Shown: positions 9,707 to 21,248, counted from the first letter of the stretch. The stretch: DNA of 64,000 nt from Candidatus Eiseniibacteriota bacterium (GCA_963792585.1 CAWBWI010000001.1:416001-480000), one strand, 5' to 3'. Made by a program: numbers and translations. Notes: generated by a model not told the origin, from the letters alone.

Positions 9707-10168
9707 TCATTCCCCGAGGCAGCCTTCGCGCGCAAGCCTCTCCTGCACCCCTTGTGCGTTGAGAATCTGGACCGGCCAGTGCGCCGATCGACTCAACCCG
9801 ACACGGGGGATGCAGGGACCCCAAAGGCCGGCGTTCAGATCGCTCCCGGACTCCCGCAGGATCGCCCACTCGGAGACCAGATCGGACCTGGGAGCAATCG
9901 CGCAGGCGACCACGGTTTCATCACCTTGGAGATCGACCGGGAACGCAATGTCAAAGGTGCCGGCCGAGTCGGTGCGGGAGAAAGCGACCGGAAGTCCGCC
10001 TGCGAACAGCCGAACGGTTACCCCGGCGAGGGGGAGTCCGCCGGCATCGACCACCTCTCCAGCCAGACGGGCCGGGAATTCGGCCCCCGGTGGGGCCCCG
10101 ACGGACGGGTGTGCGAGACCAAGCGCCAGAATCCATCCTGCTGACACCAGCGGCCGGTTCACCCGCAT
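9707..10168 (-). CDS. Exported protein with a carboxypeptidase-regulatory-like (prealbumin-fold) domain
   Basis: Signal peptide; G.VVD..G.PL.GV.V.L....TD..G.F pattern; AGGAGG RBS before ATG at 10168. Confidence 0.6.
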   Translation of the reverse strand: MRVNRPLVSAGWILALGLAHPSVGAPPGAEFPARLAGEVVDAGGLPLAGVTVRLFAGGLPVAFSRTDSAGTFDIAFPVDLQGDETVVACAIAPRSDLVSEWAILRESGSDLNAGLWGPCIPRVGLSRSAHWPVQILNAQGVQERLAREGCLGE

Positions 10169-10270
10169 CCCAACCTCCTGCCCCGTCATGCTCTTGCCGG
10201 ACGCTGGCAGACTACCGCGCCGTCGGTGGGTCGTCAAGCGGCCCGCAATCGTCCCAAGCCCCCGATTTCC

Positions 10271-10298
10271 TTGCGCTTGGCCGGACCTCTGCTAGCGT
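10271..10298 (+). promoter_or_regulatory. Putative sigma70 promoter of the mre operon
   Basis: TTGCGC, 16-nt spacer, TGc-TAGCGT (extended -10). Confidence 0.45.
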
Positions 10299-10340
10299 GA
10301 CGGGCCTTGGGCTTAGGGGCGGCAGGGTGGAGGTCTTTCC

Positions 10341-11377
10341 ATGGTGTTCAGTCGTCTCCTGGGATTGATGTCCAACGATATCGCCATCGATCTTGGGGAC
10401 GGCCAACACCCTGATCTACGTCAAGGGGCGGGGAATCGTCCTCAACGAGCCGTCGGTGGTTGCCGTCGACAAGCCGCACCAAGCGCGTCCTCGCCGTGGG
10501 CGTCGAGGCCAAGGCGATGCTCGGCCGCACGCCGACGGGGATCGACGCCGTCCGGCCGATGAAGGACGGCGTGATCGCCGACTTCGAGAAGACCGAGGAC
10601 CTGCTGCGCAAGCTGATCCTGAAGGTCCAGAGCGCGGCGTTTCCTCGTCAAGCCCCGCGTCATCGTCTGCGTCCCCTCGGGGATCACCGAGGTCGAGAAG
10701 CGCGCCGTGCGCGACTCGGTCGAGCATGCCGGGCGCCCGCGAGATCTTCCTCGTCGCCGAGCCGATCGCCGCCGCGATCGGCGTCGGGCTTCCCGTGGAG
10801 AGGCCGACCGGAAACATGGTGATCGACATCGGCGGCGGCACGACCGAGATCGCGGTCATGACGTTGAACGGCATCGTCAACGACACGTCGATCCGCGTCG
10901 GCGGCGACAAGATGGACGAGGCGATCGTGCAGTACGTCAAGCGGGCCTTCAACCTGCTGATCGGCGACCAGACGGCCGAGCTGATCAAGATGCAGATCGG
11001 CAGCGCCCACCGCCTCGAGAGGAACTCGAGATGGAGATCAAGGGGCGCGACTTGATCGGCGGAATTCCCAAGACGATCAAGATCACCGCCGTCGAGGTCC
11101 GCGAGGCTCTGCAGGAGCCGATCGGCGCGATCGTCGAGGCCATGAAGCAGTCGCTCGAGGAGACGCCGCCCGAGCTCGCGAGCGACATCGTCGATCGCGG
11201 GATCGTGATGACCGGCGGCGGCGCGCTGCTTGCGCGGGCATGGATGCGCTTCTGCGCGAGGTGACCCATCTGCCGATCCACGTTGCGGAAGGGGCGCTCC
11301 AGGCGGTCGTGCTCGGCGCGGGCAAGATCCTCGACGATCTGGCCCAGTACGAGAAGGTCCTCATGCGGAGCTCGTAG
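10341..11377 (+). CDS. mreB: Rod shape-determining actin homolog MreB (several apparent indels)
   Basis: [62 protein letters not shown] across frames. Confidence 0.95.
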
Positions 11378-11381
11378 GGCG

Positions 11382-12264
11382 ATGCCCTCGCGCGGCTCTT
11401 CCGCTTCCTCCCGCAGAAGCTTCCTCATCTGGATCGCGTGCGCGATCGTATCCGCGCTGCTGCTGGCGACGCCGCCGAGCGCGCGCAACGGAATCGCGAC
11501 GGCCCTGGAGTGGAGCGTCTTCCTACCCGTGCGCGCGTTTCTCGGTTGGGGGGGGCGCAGTCTGCTCGTGCAGCAGCAGAATCGCCGTCTCGCGCAGGAG
11601 GTGACGGCCGAATACGTCTCGAGGTCGAACAGACTCGAAGAGGCCGGCCGCGAGAACGAAGTGCTCCGGCGCATGCTCGCGATGCGCTCCCGGGCCCTGC
11701 TTTCTCTGACACCCGCGCGGGTCGTCGGCCGCAGCCTCGACTGGACCGGCGAGGTGTTGTGGCTGGAGGTGTCGGGAGTCGCCGCGACCGGGACCGCCGT
11801 CGTCACGCCGGACGGTCTCCTCGGCCGTGTGGTACGGGTCAGCGGTGAGCGCGCGCAGGTCGAGACGCTCTGGCATACCAGGATCACCGTGAGCGTCGTC
11901 GACGGACGCAGCCGCGAGCAGGGCATCCTGCGCTGGAATCCCGCGCACCCGCGCGACCTGATGATCGACCTCGCCCCCCTGACGGCCGACTTCCGCGTGG
12001 GCGACCCGATCCTGACCTCCGGGCTGGGGGAGGTCTTTCCGCGCGGCATTCTGGTCGGATACGTCATCGACGGCGGAGTCCGAGACGCATACGCAGATGA
12101 AGCGGGTCCACGTGAGGCCCGCCGCGAGGCGCGGACGGATGCAGGAGGTCTTCCTGGTCAATGAGCGCCCGCCGGAGGGGGATGCCACTCCCCTGTTCCC
12201 GGCGCCGGAGCCGACGCCGAGCGGCTCTCCTGCGCTCCCGGGGGAACCGGAGGTGCGTCCATGA
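11382..12264 (+). CDS. mreC: Rod shape-determining protein MreC (frameshift near 12085)
   Basis: TM segment, coiled coil EN..LR, ARVVGR, VT..GLLGRV, TSGLG..FP.GI.VG; synteny. Confidence 0.88.
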
Positions 12265-12768
12265 GCGCTCGATTCTGGTTTCGTCTTGTGCTGTCCGTCC
12301 TTGCCGCGCTGGTCTTCCGGGTGACGCTCGGCGCGAGGCTCGCGATCGCGGGTGTGCAGCCCGACCTCCTGGCGGCCGTTCGTCTTCTCGCTCACCCTTG
12401 CCCGCGGGCCGGTATTCGGGATTATCGCGGGGTTTGTCCTCGGCCTGCTCGTCGACATCGATCGTCCGGCAGGGCTCGGTCTCACGAGTCTCGCCTGGTG
12501 TACGATGGCGTACGTGACCGCGCGCATTTCCGATGCCGTTGAAGCGTCCGACCCGATCGTCGCCTCGGCATCTACTCATGCTCGTCGTGCTCATCGCCGA
12601 GACGATCCGGGCGGTGTGATTTCCGTGGGCGAGCCCGCGGGTGTGGGGCTCATCTGGGTCCGCTGGGCCCTCCCCACCGCGGTCTATACCGGGATCGCCG
12701 CGCCCCTGATCGCCGGGGGCGCGCGCAGGCTCTTCGGTAGGACGAGGTGGTTCGGTGGCCGGACGTAG
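12261..12768 (+). CDS. mreD: Rod shape-determining protein MreD (frameshifted)
   Basis: Hydrophobic; QPDLL, G.IAGF.LGLL.D; position after mreC. Confidence 0.8.
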
Positions 12769-12787
12769 GTTCTCCTTCGACGCTCAG

Positions 12788-14653
12788 ATGGGACGCTATC
12801 GCGTCCTCATGCCTTCTGCACGCTGCTCCTCTTCGGGTTGATCTGCGGGGCGCCTCGCCTACCTTCAGGTCGTGCGGGGCTACTTCTACCGCGAGCAGGC
12901 GGAGGAGAACCGGATTCGTCCGGAGATTCTCCGGGCGCATCGCGGGCGTCTCCTCGATCGACACGGCCGCGTCCTCGCCGATAACGCCCCGACCTACCAC
13001 CTGTCTTTCGATGCTGCGCGATCGCGCGTTCCGGGCGAACCCCGAGGCGAAGAGCGGCGGTTGTCACCGAGCTCGCCCGCGTTCTCGACCGCGACGAGGC
13101 CGAGCTCCGCACGGAGGTCGAGCGTGCGCGGCGCGGGGCGATGCCCCCGATCACCGTGGCGCGCAACCTCGACTTTGCCACGCTCTCGGCGATCCTCGAG
13201 CGGATGGACCAGCTGCCCGGCGTGGAGGTGCGACCGCAGCCGGCGCGGCGATATCCCTATGGAAACCTCGCCGCCCACCTGATCGGGTATCTGGGCGAGG
13301 TCTCCGAGGCGGAACTGCAGCGAGCGCGGATCGAGGAGCCGTCCTATCGTCGCGGGGACCTGATCGGACGCTCGGGAATCGAGAAGACGTACGAGTCGTA
13401 TCTTCGCGGAAGCGACGGGGTCGAGTATGTGGAGGTCGACGCGCTCGGGCGGCGCGCCAACCTCTTCGAGGAGCTGCCCTCGCTCCCATCGATTCCGGGC
13501 GACGACGTCGTCCTCGGCCTCGATCTGGATCTGCAACTCGCGGCGGAAGCGGCGCTCGATTCGGTTCCGTCCATCGCTCGTCGAATGAGTTCGGGGATGC
13601 GGCGGAGGCTCAGCGCGGGCTGCATCGTGGCGATCGATCGCGAAGAGCGGGGAGATTCTCGCGATGGCGAGTCGGCCCGCCTTCGATCCGAATCTCTTCG
13701 TCGCCGGCCTCGAACCGGGAGGACTGGAAGACGCTCTCCTCCAGCGGGCACCCTTTGCTCAACCGCGCGACCCAGGCGGCCTACCCGCCGGGATCGACGT
13801 TCAAGATCCTGACGGCGCTCGCCGGTTTGCATGTGGGGGGCATCATCTCCCTTCGAGACGATGCCAGCCTCGTGCGGCGGCGGCTACTTCTACGGCAACA
13901 GGCTCTTTCGTTGCCACCTGAAGGGAGGACACGGAAGTCTCACCCTTCAAGACGCCATGGCCCGGTCCTGCGACGTCTATTTCTACCAGGTCGGGAGTGC
14001 GGCTCGGAGTCGATCGCCTCACCCAGTTCGCAGTCGCGTGCAGCCTCGATGCGCCGACCCGCGATCGATCTGCCCCAGGAGCGAGGATCCCTGATTCCGA
14101 CGATCGACTGGTTTCGATCGGCGCGCGGCGGCCCTCCGGGACGGCGGCGCGGCCCTGAACTTCGCAATCGGCCAAGGGGAGTTGCTCCTGACGCCCTTGG
14201 CGCTGGCCCGGTTCGTCGCCGCGGTCGTCAACGGGGGGACGATCCTGCGACCCCGCATCGTGCGACAGGTCGTGCGGCCTGACGGGAGAATCGTGCTGGA
14301 TATGGCCGACCAGAAGATGGCCGAAGGGCGTCTGCCCGCGACCGAAGCGGAGCTGACGATCGTGCGCGACGCCCTCGAGGCCGTCGTGATGGGTCGGCAG
14401 CGGTACCGGAAAGCGCGCCCGCATCGATCCGTTTCGCGTGGGCGGCAAGACGGGGACCGCGCAGAATCCGCACGGGCAGGATCACGCGTGGTTCGTCGGC
14501 TATGCGCCCGCAGAGGATCCGGAGATCGTCGTCGTCGCGATGCTGGAGGAAGGTGGACACGGCGGCGTCGCCGCCGCGCCCCTCGCGCAGAAGGTCATGG
14601 AGGTCTATCTCAGGCCTCCAGCGTCGCCGCTACTGACGGGGGATCTGCGATGA
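12788..14653 (+). CDS. mrdA: Penicillin-binding protein 2 (multiple apparent indels)
   Basis: RGRLLDRHG, RRYPYG, G.SGIE, YPPGSTFK (SxxK), SCDVYFY, AIGQG, GKTGTAQ, HAWFVGYAP. Confidence 0.92.
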
Positions 14654-15887
14654 GACTCCCCGCCGCCTTCGCGATCTACCGGCGCCGACTCGATCCGTAC
14701 CTCGTGATCGCGGGTGGGGCCCTCGTGCTGATCGGCCTGCTCGCCGTCTACAGCGCGACCGAGTTCCCCGACAGCGCGCGCGCCGGGTTCTTCGCGCGTC
14801 ATCTCGTGGCGCTCCCGCTCGCCTTCGGCGTCATGGCGCTCGCGATGGCGGTGCCGCTGCGCGTACTCGAGGATTTCGGGGATCCTGCTTTACGCGGCCA
14901 CGACGCTCCTGCTGGTCGCCGTCCTGCTCTTCGGGACCGAGGTCTACGGGGCGCGCCGCTGGCTCGGGGCGGGCCCGTTCCGGATGCAGCCGTCGGAGCT
15001 GGCCAAGCTCGCCACAGCGATCGCCTTGGCGCAGTTCCTTGCCGCCAAGAAACGGGATCCTGCGCGCTGGTCGACCCTCCTCCCCGCAGCCGGGATGGTC
15101 CTGTTGCCGCTTGCCCTGGTTCTGAAGGAACCCGACCTCGGCACGTCGGGAGCGTTTGCGGTGATGGGAATCGCGATGGTCCTGTGGAGCGGTCTGCCCT
15201 GGCTCCACACGCTTCTCATGATGAGTCCGCTGGCCAGTCTGATTCTGTGCCGACACTACGTCTTCTGGGCGGCCTATCTGGTCGTCTCGGTCCTTGTGCT
15301 TTGGCGGGTTCGACTGTCGTGGCTCGTCCTGGCCCTGTTCGTCGTGATTCAGACCGCCGTCATGTTCGGCGCACCGGTCCTCTGGAATCATCTCGAGCCG
15401 TATCAGAGGATGCGCCTGACCGTCTTCGAGCATCCGGAACGGGATCCTTCGGGCGGTGGATATCAGATCATGCAATCGAAGATCGCGATCGGCAGCGGGG
15501 GGATCTGGGGGAAGGGATACCTGAAGGGGTCGCAGAAGGCCCTCGCGTTCCTGCCCCAGCAGCACACGGACTTCATCTACAGCGTGGTCGGCGAGGAGGC
15601 AGGCTTCCTGGGCTGCCTGGCCACGATCATCCTGTTCCTTCTCGTGATCCTGCGGGGCTATTACCTCGCCCTGCACTGCCGAAGTCCCTTCGCGGGTCTC
15701 CTTGCCGTCGGGATCGCGACGTCTGTTGCTCTATCACGCGGGAGTGAACATGGCGATGACGGTGGGGCTGCTGCCGGTGACGGGTTTGCCCTTGCCGTTC
15801 GTGAGCTACGGGGGGTCGTTCCAGCTGTCGGTCTTCGCGATGCTCGGGTTGCTGCTCAATATCTCGGCGCATCGGTTCGACTACTGA
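14650..15887 (+). CDS. rodA: Rod shape-determining SEDS glycosyltransferase RodA (indels near 14885 and 15725)
   Basis: QPSELAK, EPDLGT, YQI.QSKIAIGSGG, FLPQQHTDFI, PVTGLPLPFVSYGGS. Confidence 0.93.
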
Positions 15888-15907
15888 TTGTTGTCGGCAC
15901 GGGCGGA

Positions 15908-16083
15908 CGCGCATCCGGGCGGTGGCTGCGGGTGGCCATGGACGCACCGCTCTGCAGTCTCGCGTCGCGCATCCGGGCGGTGGCTGCGCGCGGCTATAGA
16001 CGCCGCGCTCCGCTACCGCCCTCCGCGCTCCGCGGGATGCGACTCGGGACGCCGCGCTCCGCTACCGCCCTTCGCGCTCCGCG
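15908..16083. repeat. REP-like composite direct/inverted repeat between convergent rodA and the M6 protease gene
   Basis: 23-nt exact repeat at 15908-15930 and 15966-15988; 36-nt repeat with one mismatch at 15999-16034 and 16048-16083; 15975-15994 is near reverse-complement to 16002-16021. Confidence 0.75.
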
Positions 16084-16118
16084 CGAAGCGACGGGCTTTC
16101 ATCGCTTCGATCGACGCC

Positions 16119-18686
16119 TCATCTCAGGAGGAGCAATCGTTGCGTCCGTTCCTCGCCGGAAGTCTGTAGGCAGATGAAGTAGACGCCGCTGGCCGCCGCG
16201 CGCCCGTCGCCGGTGCGACCATCCCACCGAACCTCGCGCGTCATGGCGCCCGCGGCGGCCGAGAATGTCCAACCGGCGATCCGCCGCCCGGCCGGGTCGA
16301 TGATGGAAACGGCGGCGCCGGAACCTGCGGGCTGGACGAAACGGAGGGTCGCGGCGCCCGAAGCAGGATTCGGCCGTGGTGGCGCGAGGAAGATCGAACC
16401 GAGGGCGTCGGGCTCATTCGCGTCCGAGGTGAGCGTTCCCTCGATCGTGAAGTCGTCGACAAACCAGCCTTCCTGCGTCACGTAGCCATCGCTCCCGAAT
16501 CGCAGGCGAAGCTGTACGTGCTCCCCGGAAAGGCCGGTAAGGTCGATCCGCACCGGGCTCCAGTCGAACGTCCCGCTGAAGCAGGGGGTGTCCGGAAGGA
16601 AAGGGGAGTCCGGGTTGGCGATGATCGTGTACGGGTAGCCGCCGTCGGGCGTGAGCTGGATCCACGCGCCGCCGTCGATCGAGGCTTCGATGATCCCGCC
16701 GTCCCAGGCGGTGTTGTTGACGTCGTCCTCGGCGTCGATCCAGTGCCAGAAGGAAATCGCGTCAACGGTCGACAGGGGGAGGTCCACCGTATAGAGGGCC
16801 GCGTCGTCGCGGTCGGCATAGGAGCCCGTCCCCGTCGCGCCGCACTTCCAGGCATACGAGCCTCCAGGCGTGTGGTTGCGTTGGGTCGAGACGTGCCACT
16901 GATCGAGGTAGCCGGATGCCACGTTGTCGTGTCCCCACCGGTAGGTGTCGAGCGGATCGTTGACCCCGACGACGAAGGAGACATCGGTGAAGTTGCCGAG
17001 CAGATCGCGAATGCGAACCGTGAAGGGGAGTCCATCGTCCGTCGACGCGGGAGAGAGCGTGAAGCGGAAAGGAGGCGTCCCGGTGGCGGACTGCTCCGCG
17101 CCGATTGCGCCGAAGCTGGTTACCGCGTTCGTGATCGTGACATCGGAATCAGGGCATGTGAGTGTGCCGTTGACCGGGCTCGACGGGGCGCCGAGGTTGC
17201 GCACCACGACCGCCATGTCCCAGTCCTCGCCCGGATCGATGTCGCCGTCGTTGTTGCCGGAAACCTGGCTCGGGAAGTATCCCTGGAAGACGAGAATCGG
17301 GCTGGACTCGACGTCCAGATCGGCGGTCATCGTGTCGCCCGAGTTCGAGATGTTACGCACCCCGACCTGTGTCGATGCGCCGGCATAGTCACGGGAATTC
17401 GGATTGCTCGAAGCGTTGAAGTTGCGGTTGTTCGTGCTCCCGGGCCATGGGTCCCCACCGTCGCTGCCGCCGCCTTGGGCCAGTTCGTTCAGCCCGTCGG
17501 CCTGCTCGACCGCGACCAGAGGGTGGTTTTCGTTCTCGTTTCCACCGGCCGATTCGTCGATGTGGCAGATCAGGAGTCCGTCGCCGGGCAGATACGTGTC
17601 GCTTGCGACCCGCTGGCGATTCTCGACGACGAAGTACTGGCTGGCCGGATACCCTCCGGTCCAGAGGAAATAGGCCGTTGGAGACGTTTCCACCTTGGGC
17701 AACGATGCACCCGGCGCGTTGGTGAGGGGAATGGTCGGATCGATGAATCCAAGACGCGCCTTGCACCAAGCCATGAAGTGGACGGGCGTGATGCCTCCGC
17801 CGCCCCATGAGCCGAACGACATCATGCACCAGTCGCCGACGCCCGATGAGGAGTAGTCGGTGTCGTACAGGTCGGGCAGGCCGAGAACGTGCCCGAACTC
17901 GTGGCCGAAGACGCCCCGCTTCCCGTTCTCAGGTTCCATCGAATAGCTGTCCGCAGTGACACCGTCGACAGCCGGAGGGTTCGGCATGCCCCACGCATGC
18001 GAGTGGATGTCGTTGTTCGACCCGGTCTCCTCGCGTCCAAGTCCCGCGTGAACCACGAAGAGCGCGTCGACGATGCCGTCGTCGTCGCCCGAGTGGGGAA
18101 CGCCGTCGGGTCCATCATTGTCGTACTGCGAGAAGTCGACATACGGGTCGGCGGCGATGACGGCATCCTCCGCGAGCTTCTGCGCGTTGTGGGGATAGGT
18201 CCCGAAGCCCGCCTGCCCGTCCACGTAGTAGGCGTAAGTTTGCGGCATCCGCAGCCAGATCGTCGTGACGCCGGTCACCTGGAATGCGCCGTACGAGTTT
18301 TCGATGTACCAGTCCCGCATGCTGCCGGTCGGATAGGTTCCGACCGAGAAGAGCATCTCGTCGTAGTGAGCGGGGGGGTAGGTGCCCTCATTGGCCGGCT
18401 TGTCCGTGAAGTCGACGAGGATGACGATCGCGCTGCGGTCCGGAATCGCGCGGCCCTCCTGCGCCGCCCGCGTCCAACCGCGCGCTGTCGCCCGCGGCGC
18501 GTCGAGGCCCCGTGCCCGCGCATCTTCCGTCGATGCGACGATGCCGGGGAGGGCGCCCGAGGCGCGAAGGTTCGAAAGGACGTCCGGGCGGAATGGAACC
18601 GCCCCAGCTTGCGTGCTGAAGCATACGAGGGCGAGGGCCAGAACGACCGGCCTGATGGCCTGGGCGCGCTGCGATCGAATACGCAT
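16119..18686 (-). CDS. Secreted M6 (immune inhibitor A-like) zinc metalloprotease with a C-terminal FlgD-Ig / T9SS-type sorting-like domain
   Basis: Signal peptide; ILVDF.D, HAG.G.E, HEFGHVLGLPDLYD, MS.GSW, YFVVENRQ; tail PRPNP..WDGR..ASGVYF..LLLR. Confidence 0.9.
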   Translation of the reverse strand: MRIRSQRAQAIRPVVLALALVCFSTQAGAVPFRPDVLSNLRASGALPGIVASTEDARARGLDAPRATARGWTRAAQEGRAIPDRSAIVILVDFTDKPANEGTYPPAHYDEMLFSVGTYPTGSMRDWYIENSYGAFQVTGVTTIWLRMPQTYAYYVDGQAGFGTYPHNAQKLAEDAVIAADPYVDFSQYDNDGPDGVPHSGDDDGIVDALFVVHAGLGREETGSNNDIHSHAWGMPNPPAVDGVTADSYSMEPENGKRGVFGHEFGHVLGLPDLYDTDYSSSGVGDWCMMSFGSWGGGGITPVHFMAWCKARLGFIDPTIPLTNAPGASLPKVETSPTAYFLWTGGYPASQYFVVENRQRVASDTYLPGDGLLICHIDESAGGNENENHPLVAVEQADGLNELAQGGGSDGGDPWPGSTNNRNFNASSNPNSRDYAGASTQVGVRNISNSGDTMTADLDVESSPILVFQGYFPSQVSGNNDGDIDPGEDWDMAVVVRNLGAPSSPVNGTLTCPDSDVTITNAVTSFGAIGAEQSATGTPPFRFTLSPASTDDGLPFTVRIRDLLGNFTDVSFVVGVNDPLDTYRWGHDNVASGYLDQWHVSTQRNHTPGGSYAWKCGATGTGSYADRDDAALYTVDLPLSTVDAISFWHWIDAEDDVNNTAWDGGIIEASIDGGAWIQLTPDGGYPYTIIANPDSPFLPDTPCFSGTFDWSPVRIDLTGLSGEHVQLRLRFGSDGYVTQEGWFVDDFTIEGTLTSDANEPDALGSIFLAPPRPNPASGAATLRFVQPAGSGAAVSIIDPAGRRIAGWTFSAAAGAMTREVRWDGRTGDGRAAASGVYFICLQTSGEERTQRLLLLR

Positions 18687-18835
18687 CGGGTGATCCTCCT
18701 GGTTATGTCGGGCAGGTTGCCGCAAGAAACATCCTAATTATACGCCACATGGGGGCCTCGACCCACGAATGTCTTGCCCGCGCGGGCCGCCTCCACCACG
18801 ATGATCGAGTCCGCGGAGCGGAGGAGGTGGCAGCG

Positions 18836-19639
18836 TTGATCCCCGTGCTCTTCCAGGTCGGTCCCTTCAGTGTGCGCGCCTACGGCGTCATGCTCGCGAT
18901 TTCATTTGTGCTCGGCGCGTGGTGGGCCATGCGCGCGGGAGCCCGTCGCGGCATCGACCCCGATCGGATCCTCTCTCTCGTCGGCTGGATCCTCGTCGCA
19001 TCGATCGTGGGGGCCAGGCTGCACTTCGTGCTCGCCCACCCCGGCCCATTCGCCCGCCCGCTCGAATTCTTCAGGATCTGGGAAGGCGGGTTGACCCTCT
19101 ACGGAGGTCTGATCGCCGCCGTCGTCGTCAGCTTTCTCTACCTGCGCCGCCACTTGATGCCTTTCATGAAGATCGCCGACGCGACCGCGCCGGCGATCGC
19201 CCTCGGCGAAGGGGTCACCAGGATCGGTTGCTTCCTGAACGGTTGCTGCTTCGGAGCCCCGTGCCACGGCGGGTTCTGCATTGACTACCCCGCGAACTCC
19301 TATGCGGCGATGACCCTGGGCGCCGGCGTGCCGGTCTATCCGGCGCAGCTCTACCTCTCGGCTTTGATGTTCCTGCTCTTCGTCGTGCTATGGCGCATGG
19401 ATCGCCGGCCGCTCCCCGTAGGCCTGCTCTTCGGCGTCTATCTGGCCGGGCAAGGATTGGCCCGCTACGTCGTCGACTTCTACCGCTACTACGAGGAAGT
19501 CGATCGGATCCGGTCCATGACGCCGGTCGTCCAGACGAAGAGCCAGATGATCGCCTTGTTGCTCGCCGTGTCGGGCGTCGTCCTCATCGTGGGATCTCTG
19601 CGGAGGCGACGGCACGCGCGTTCGGAGGTGAGGTCATGA
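18836..19639 (+). CDS. lgt: Prolipoprotein diacylglyceryl transferase
   Basis: YG.M.A, GARL, IWEGGL..YGG, RIGCFLNGCCFG, YP.QLY; GGAGG RBS before TTG. Confidence 0.93.
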   Translation: MIPVLFQVGPFSVRAYGVMLAISFVLGAWWAMRAGARRGIDPDRILSLVGWILVASIVGARLHFVLAHPGPFARPLEFFRIWEGGLTLYGGLIAAVVVSFLYLRRHLMPFMKIADATAPAIALGEGVTRIGCFLNGCCFGAPCHGGFCIDYPANSYAAMTLGAGVPVYPAQLYLSALMFLLFVVLWRMDRRPLPVGLLFGVYLAGQGLARYVVDFYRYYEEVDRIRSMTPVVQTKSQMIALLLAVSGVVLIVGSLRRRRHARSEVRS

Positions 19640-20476
19640 ACATTGACGGAGGGACCCGACTCCTGGGGATCGTGGGCCGGGGAATCCGGCACTCGCTCTC
19701 CCCGAAGATTCAGAACCACGCGATCGAGCGACTGGGGGAAAACCTGGTCTACGTCCCGTTCGAGATCTCGGATGAGGATCTCCCCGAGTTCGTGCGACTC
19801 TTTGCCCGCTTTGGTGGGGTCGGACTCAACGTCACTACGCCGCACAAGACCGCGGTCGCCGGCCTGGTGCGGCCCGGCGACGACGAGGTGTCGATGACGG
19901 GGGTTGCCAACACGATCCTCTTCCGGAATGGCGAGGCGATCGGACGCGCAACCGACGGGTTGGGCTTTCGCGCGTGGATGGCGGAGGCCGACATCCGCCC
20001 GGGCGCGGGCGGAGTCGTGCTCCTTGGGTTCGGCGCGGTGGCGCGAAGCGTCGCCTATCGCCTCGGGCCGGAGTTCCCGCTGACCGTCATCAGCCGGGAG
20101 CCGGCCGCCGCAGAGTCGGTCCTCCACTCCTGGTACGCGAAGGGGTGGCCCGGGCTCCCGTACCGGGCGATCGCGTGGGACGCTCCTCCGCCGTCGAGGG
20201 CGGTGCTCGCGATCAGCTCACTTCCCGTCGAGGCGGGTCGCTCCCGGGAACTGGCGTCCTGGCTGGCGAATCTCGATCCCTCGGGAGTTCTGGTCGACCT
20301 CGAATTACAGCCACGGCAGAACGCCGCTGCGCGACCAGGCCCGCGACCGTGGTCTCTCGGCCCATGACGGCATCGGGCTCCTCGTCCACCAGGCGGCCCT
20401 CTCCCTCGGTGTCTGGCTCGGCCGCCCCGTCTCTCCCGCGCTTCTCGCGGAAGGACTTCCCGCCGGCACGACCTAG
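19636..20476 (+). CDS. aroE: Shikimate dehydrogenase (frameshift near 20305)
   Basis: HSLSPKIQN, GLNVTTPHK, NT, TDG.GF, LG.GAVAR, DGIGLLVHQA. Confidence 0.85.
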
Positions 20477-20491
20477 GCTCTCCGGCCCTCC

Positions 20492-21188
20492 GTGCCGGCC
20501 CTCCTGTCCTCGATCGGGCGGGGCTTGTTGAGCCTCGTTCTGCCTCCGGCGTGCCCGGTCTGCGCGCGCAGGCTGGAGGGGTCCGACCAACCGTGTCGCG
20601 ACTGCTGCCGCGAGCTCGCCGCAATTGTGGGGCAGGGGTTTCGGGGGGCCGCGCGAAGCGGCCCTGATTGCCGCCCTGCCCTACGAGGCCGCGGGACGCA
20701 TCCTCGTCCATCGAATGAAGTACGAAGGGCATCGCCCGGCGGCGGAAGCGCTTGGGGTCCTCATGGCCGCCCGCCTGGGGGAGTGCGGGGTCCCCGACCC
20801 GGCGACGATCCTGGTGCCCGTCCCCCTCCATCCGGCCCGGCTTCGGGAGCGGGGATTCAACCAGGCCGAGCGCCTCGCCCGAGTGGTGGCGAGGCGGACG
20901 CAGCTCGACGTCCGCGCCGATATCCTCGTCCGTGCCCGGGCCGCCGCGTCCCAGACCCGGCTCGACCCGGCCGCACGGAGGGCGGCGGTCGCCGGGGCGT
21001 TCCGTGGACTGGGACAGGCATCGGAGCGTCCCCTTCTCGTCGTCGACGACGTCTGGACGACGGGGGCGACCGCAGGTTCGTGCCGCCTCGCGCTCGAGGA
21101 GGCGGGGTGGACCGGGTCGATCGGCGTCCTCGTCGCGGCGCGAACCCCGCCACCGTTCGAAGTAGAGACCCCTCGCGCGGTGTGCTAG
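20492..21188 (+). CDS. comF: ComF/GntX family double zinc ribbon phosphoribosyltransferase-like protein (frameshift near 20650)
   Basis: CPVC..C..C, KY, PVPLH..R..ERGFNQA, VVDDVWTTGAT. Confidence 0.88.
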
Positions 21189-21248
21189 GTTAGCATCGAA
21201 GTTGGCTGTTGGCTGGCAGTTCGGCAGGGAGGGGCGCCGCAGGGAGGC

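Noticed and set aside
15908..16083. Mini CRISPR array
   Set aside because: Two different repeat units with only two copies each, a 13-nt gap for the 36-mer, and no cas genes
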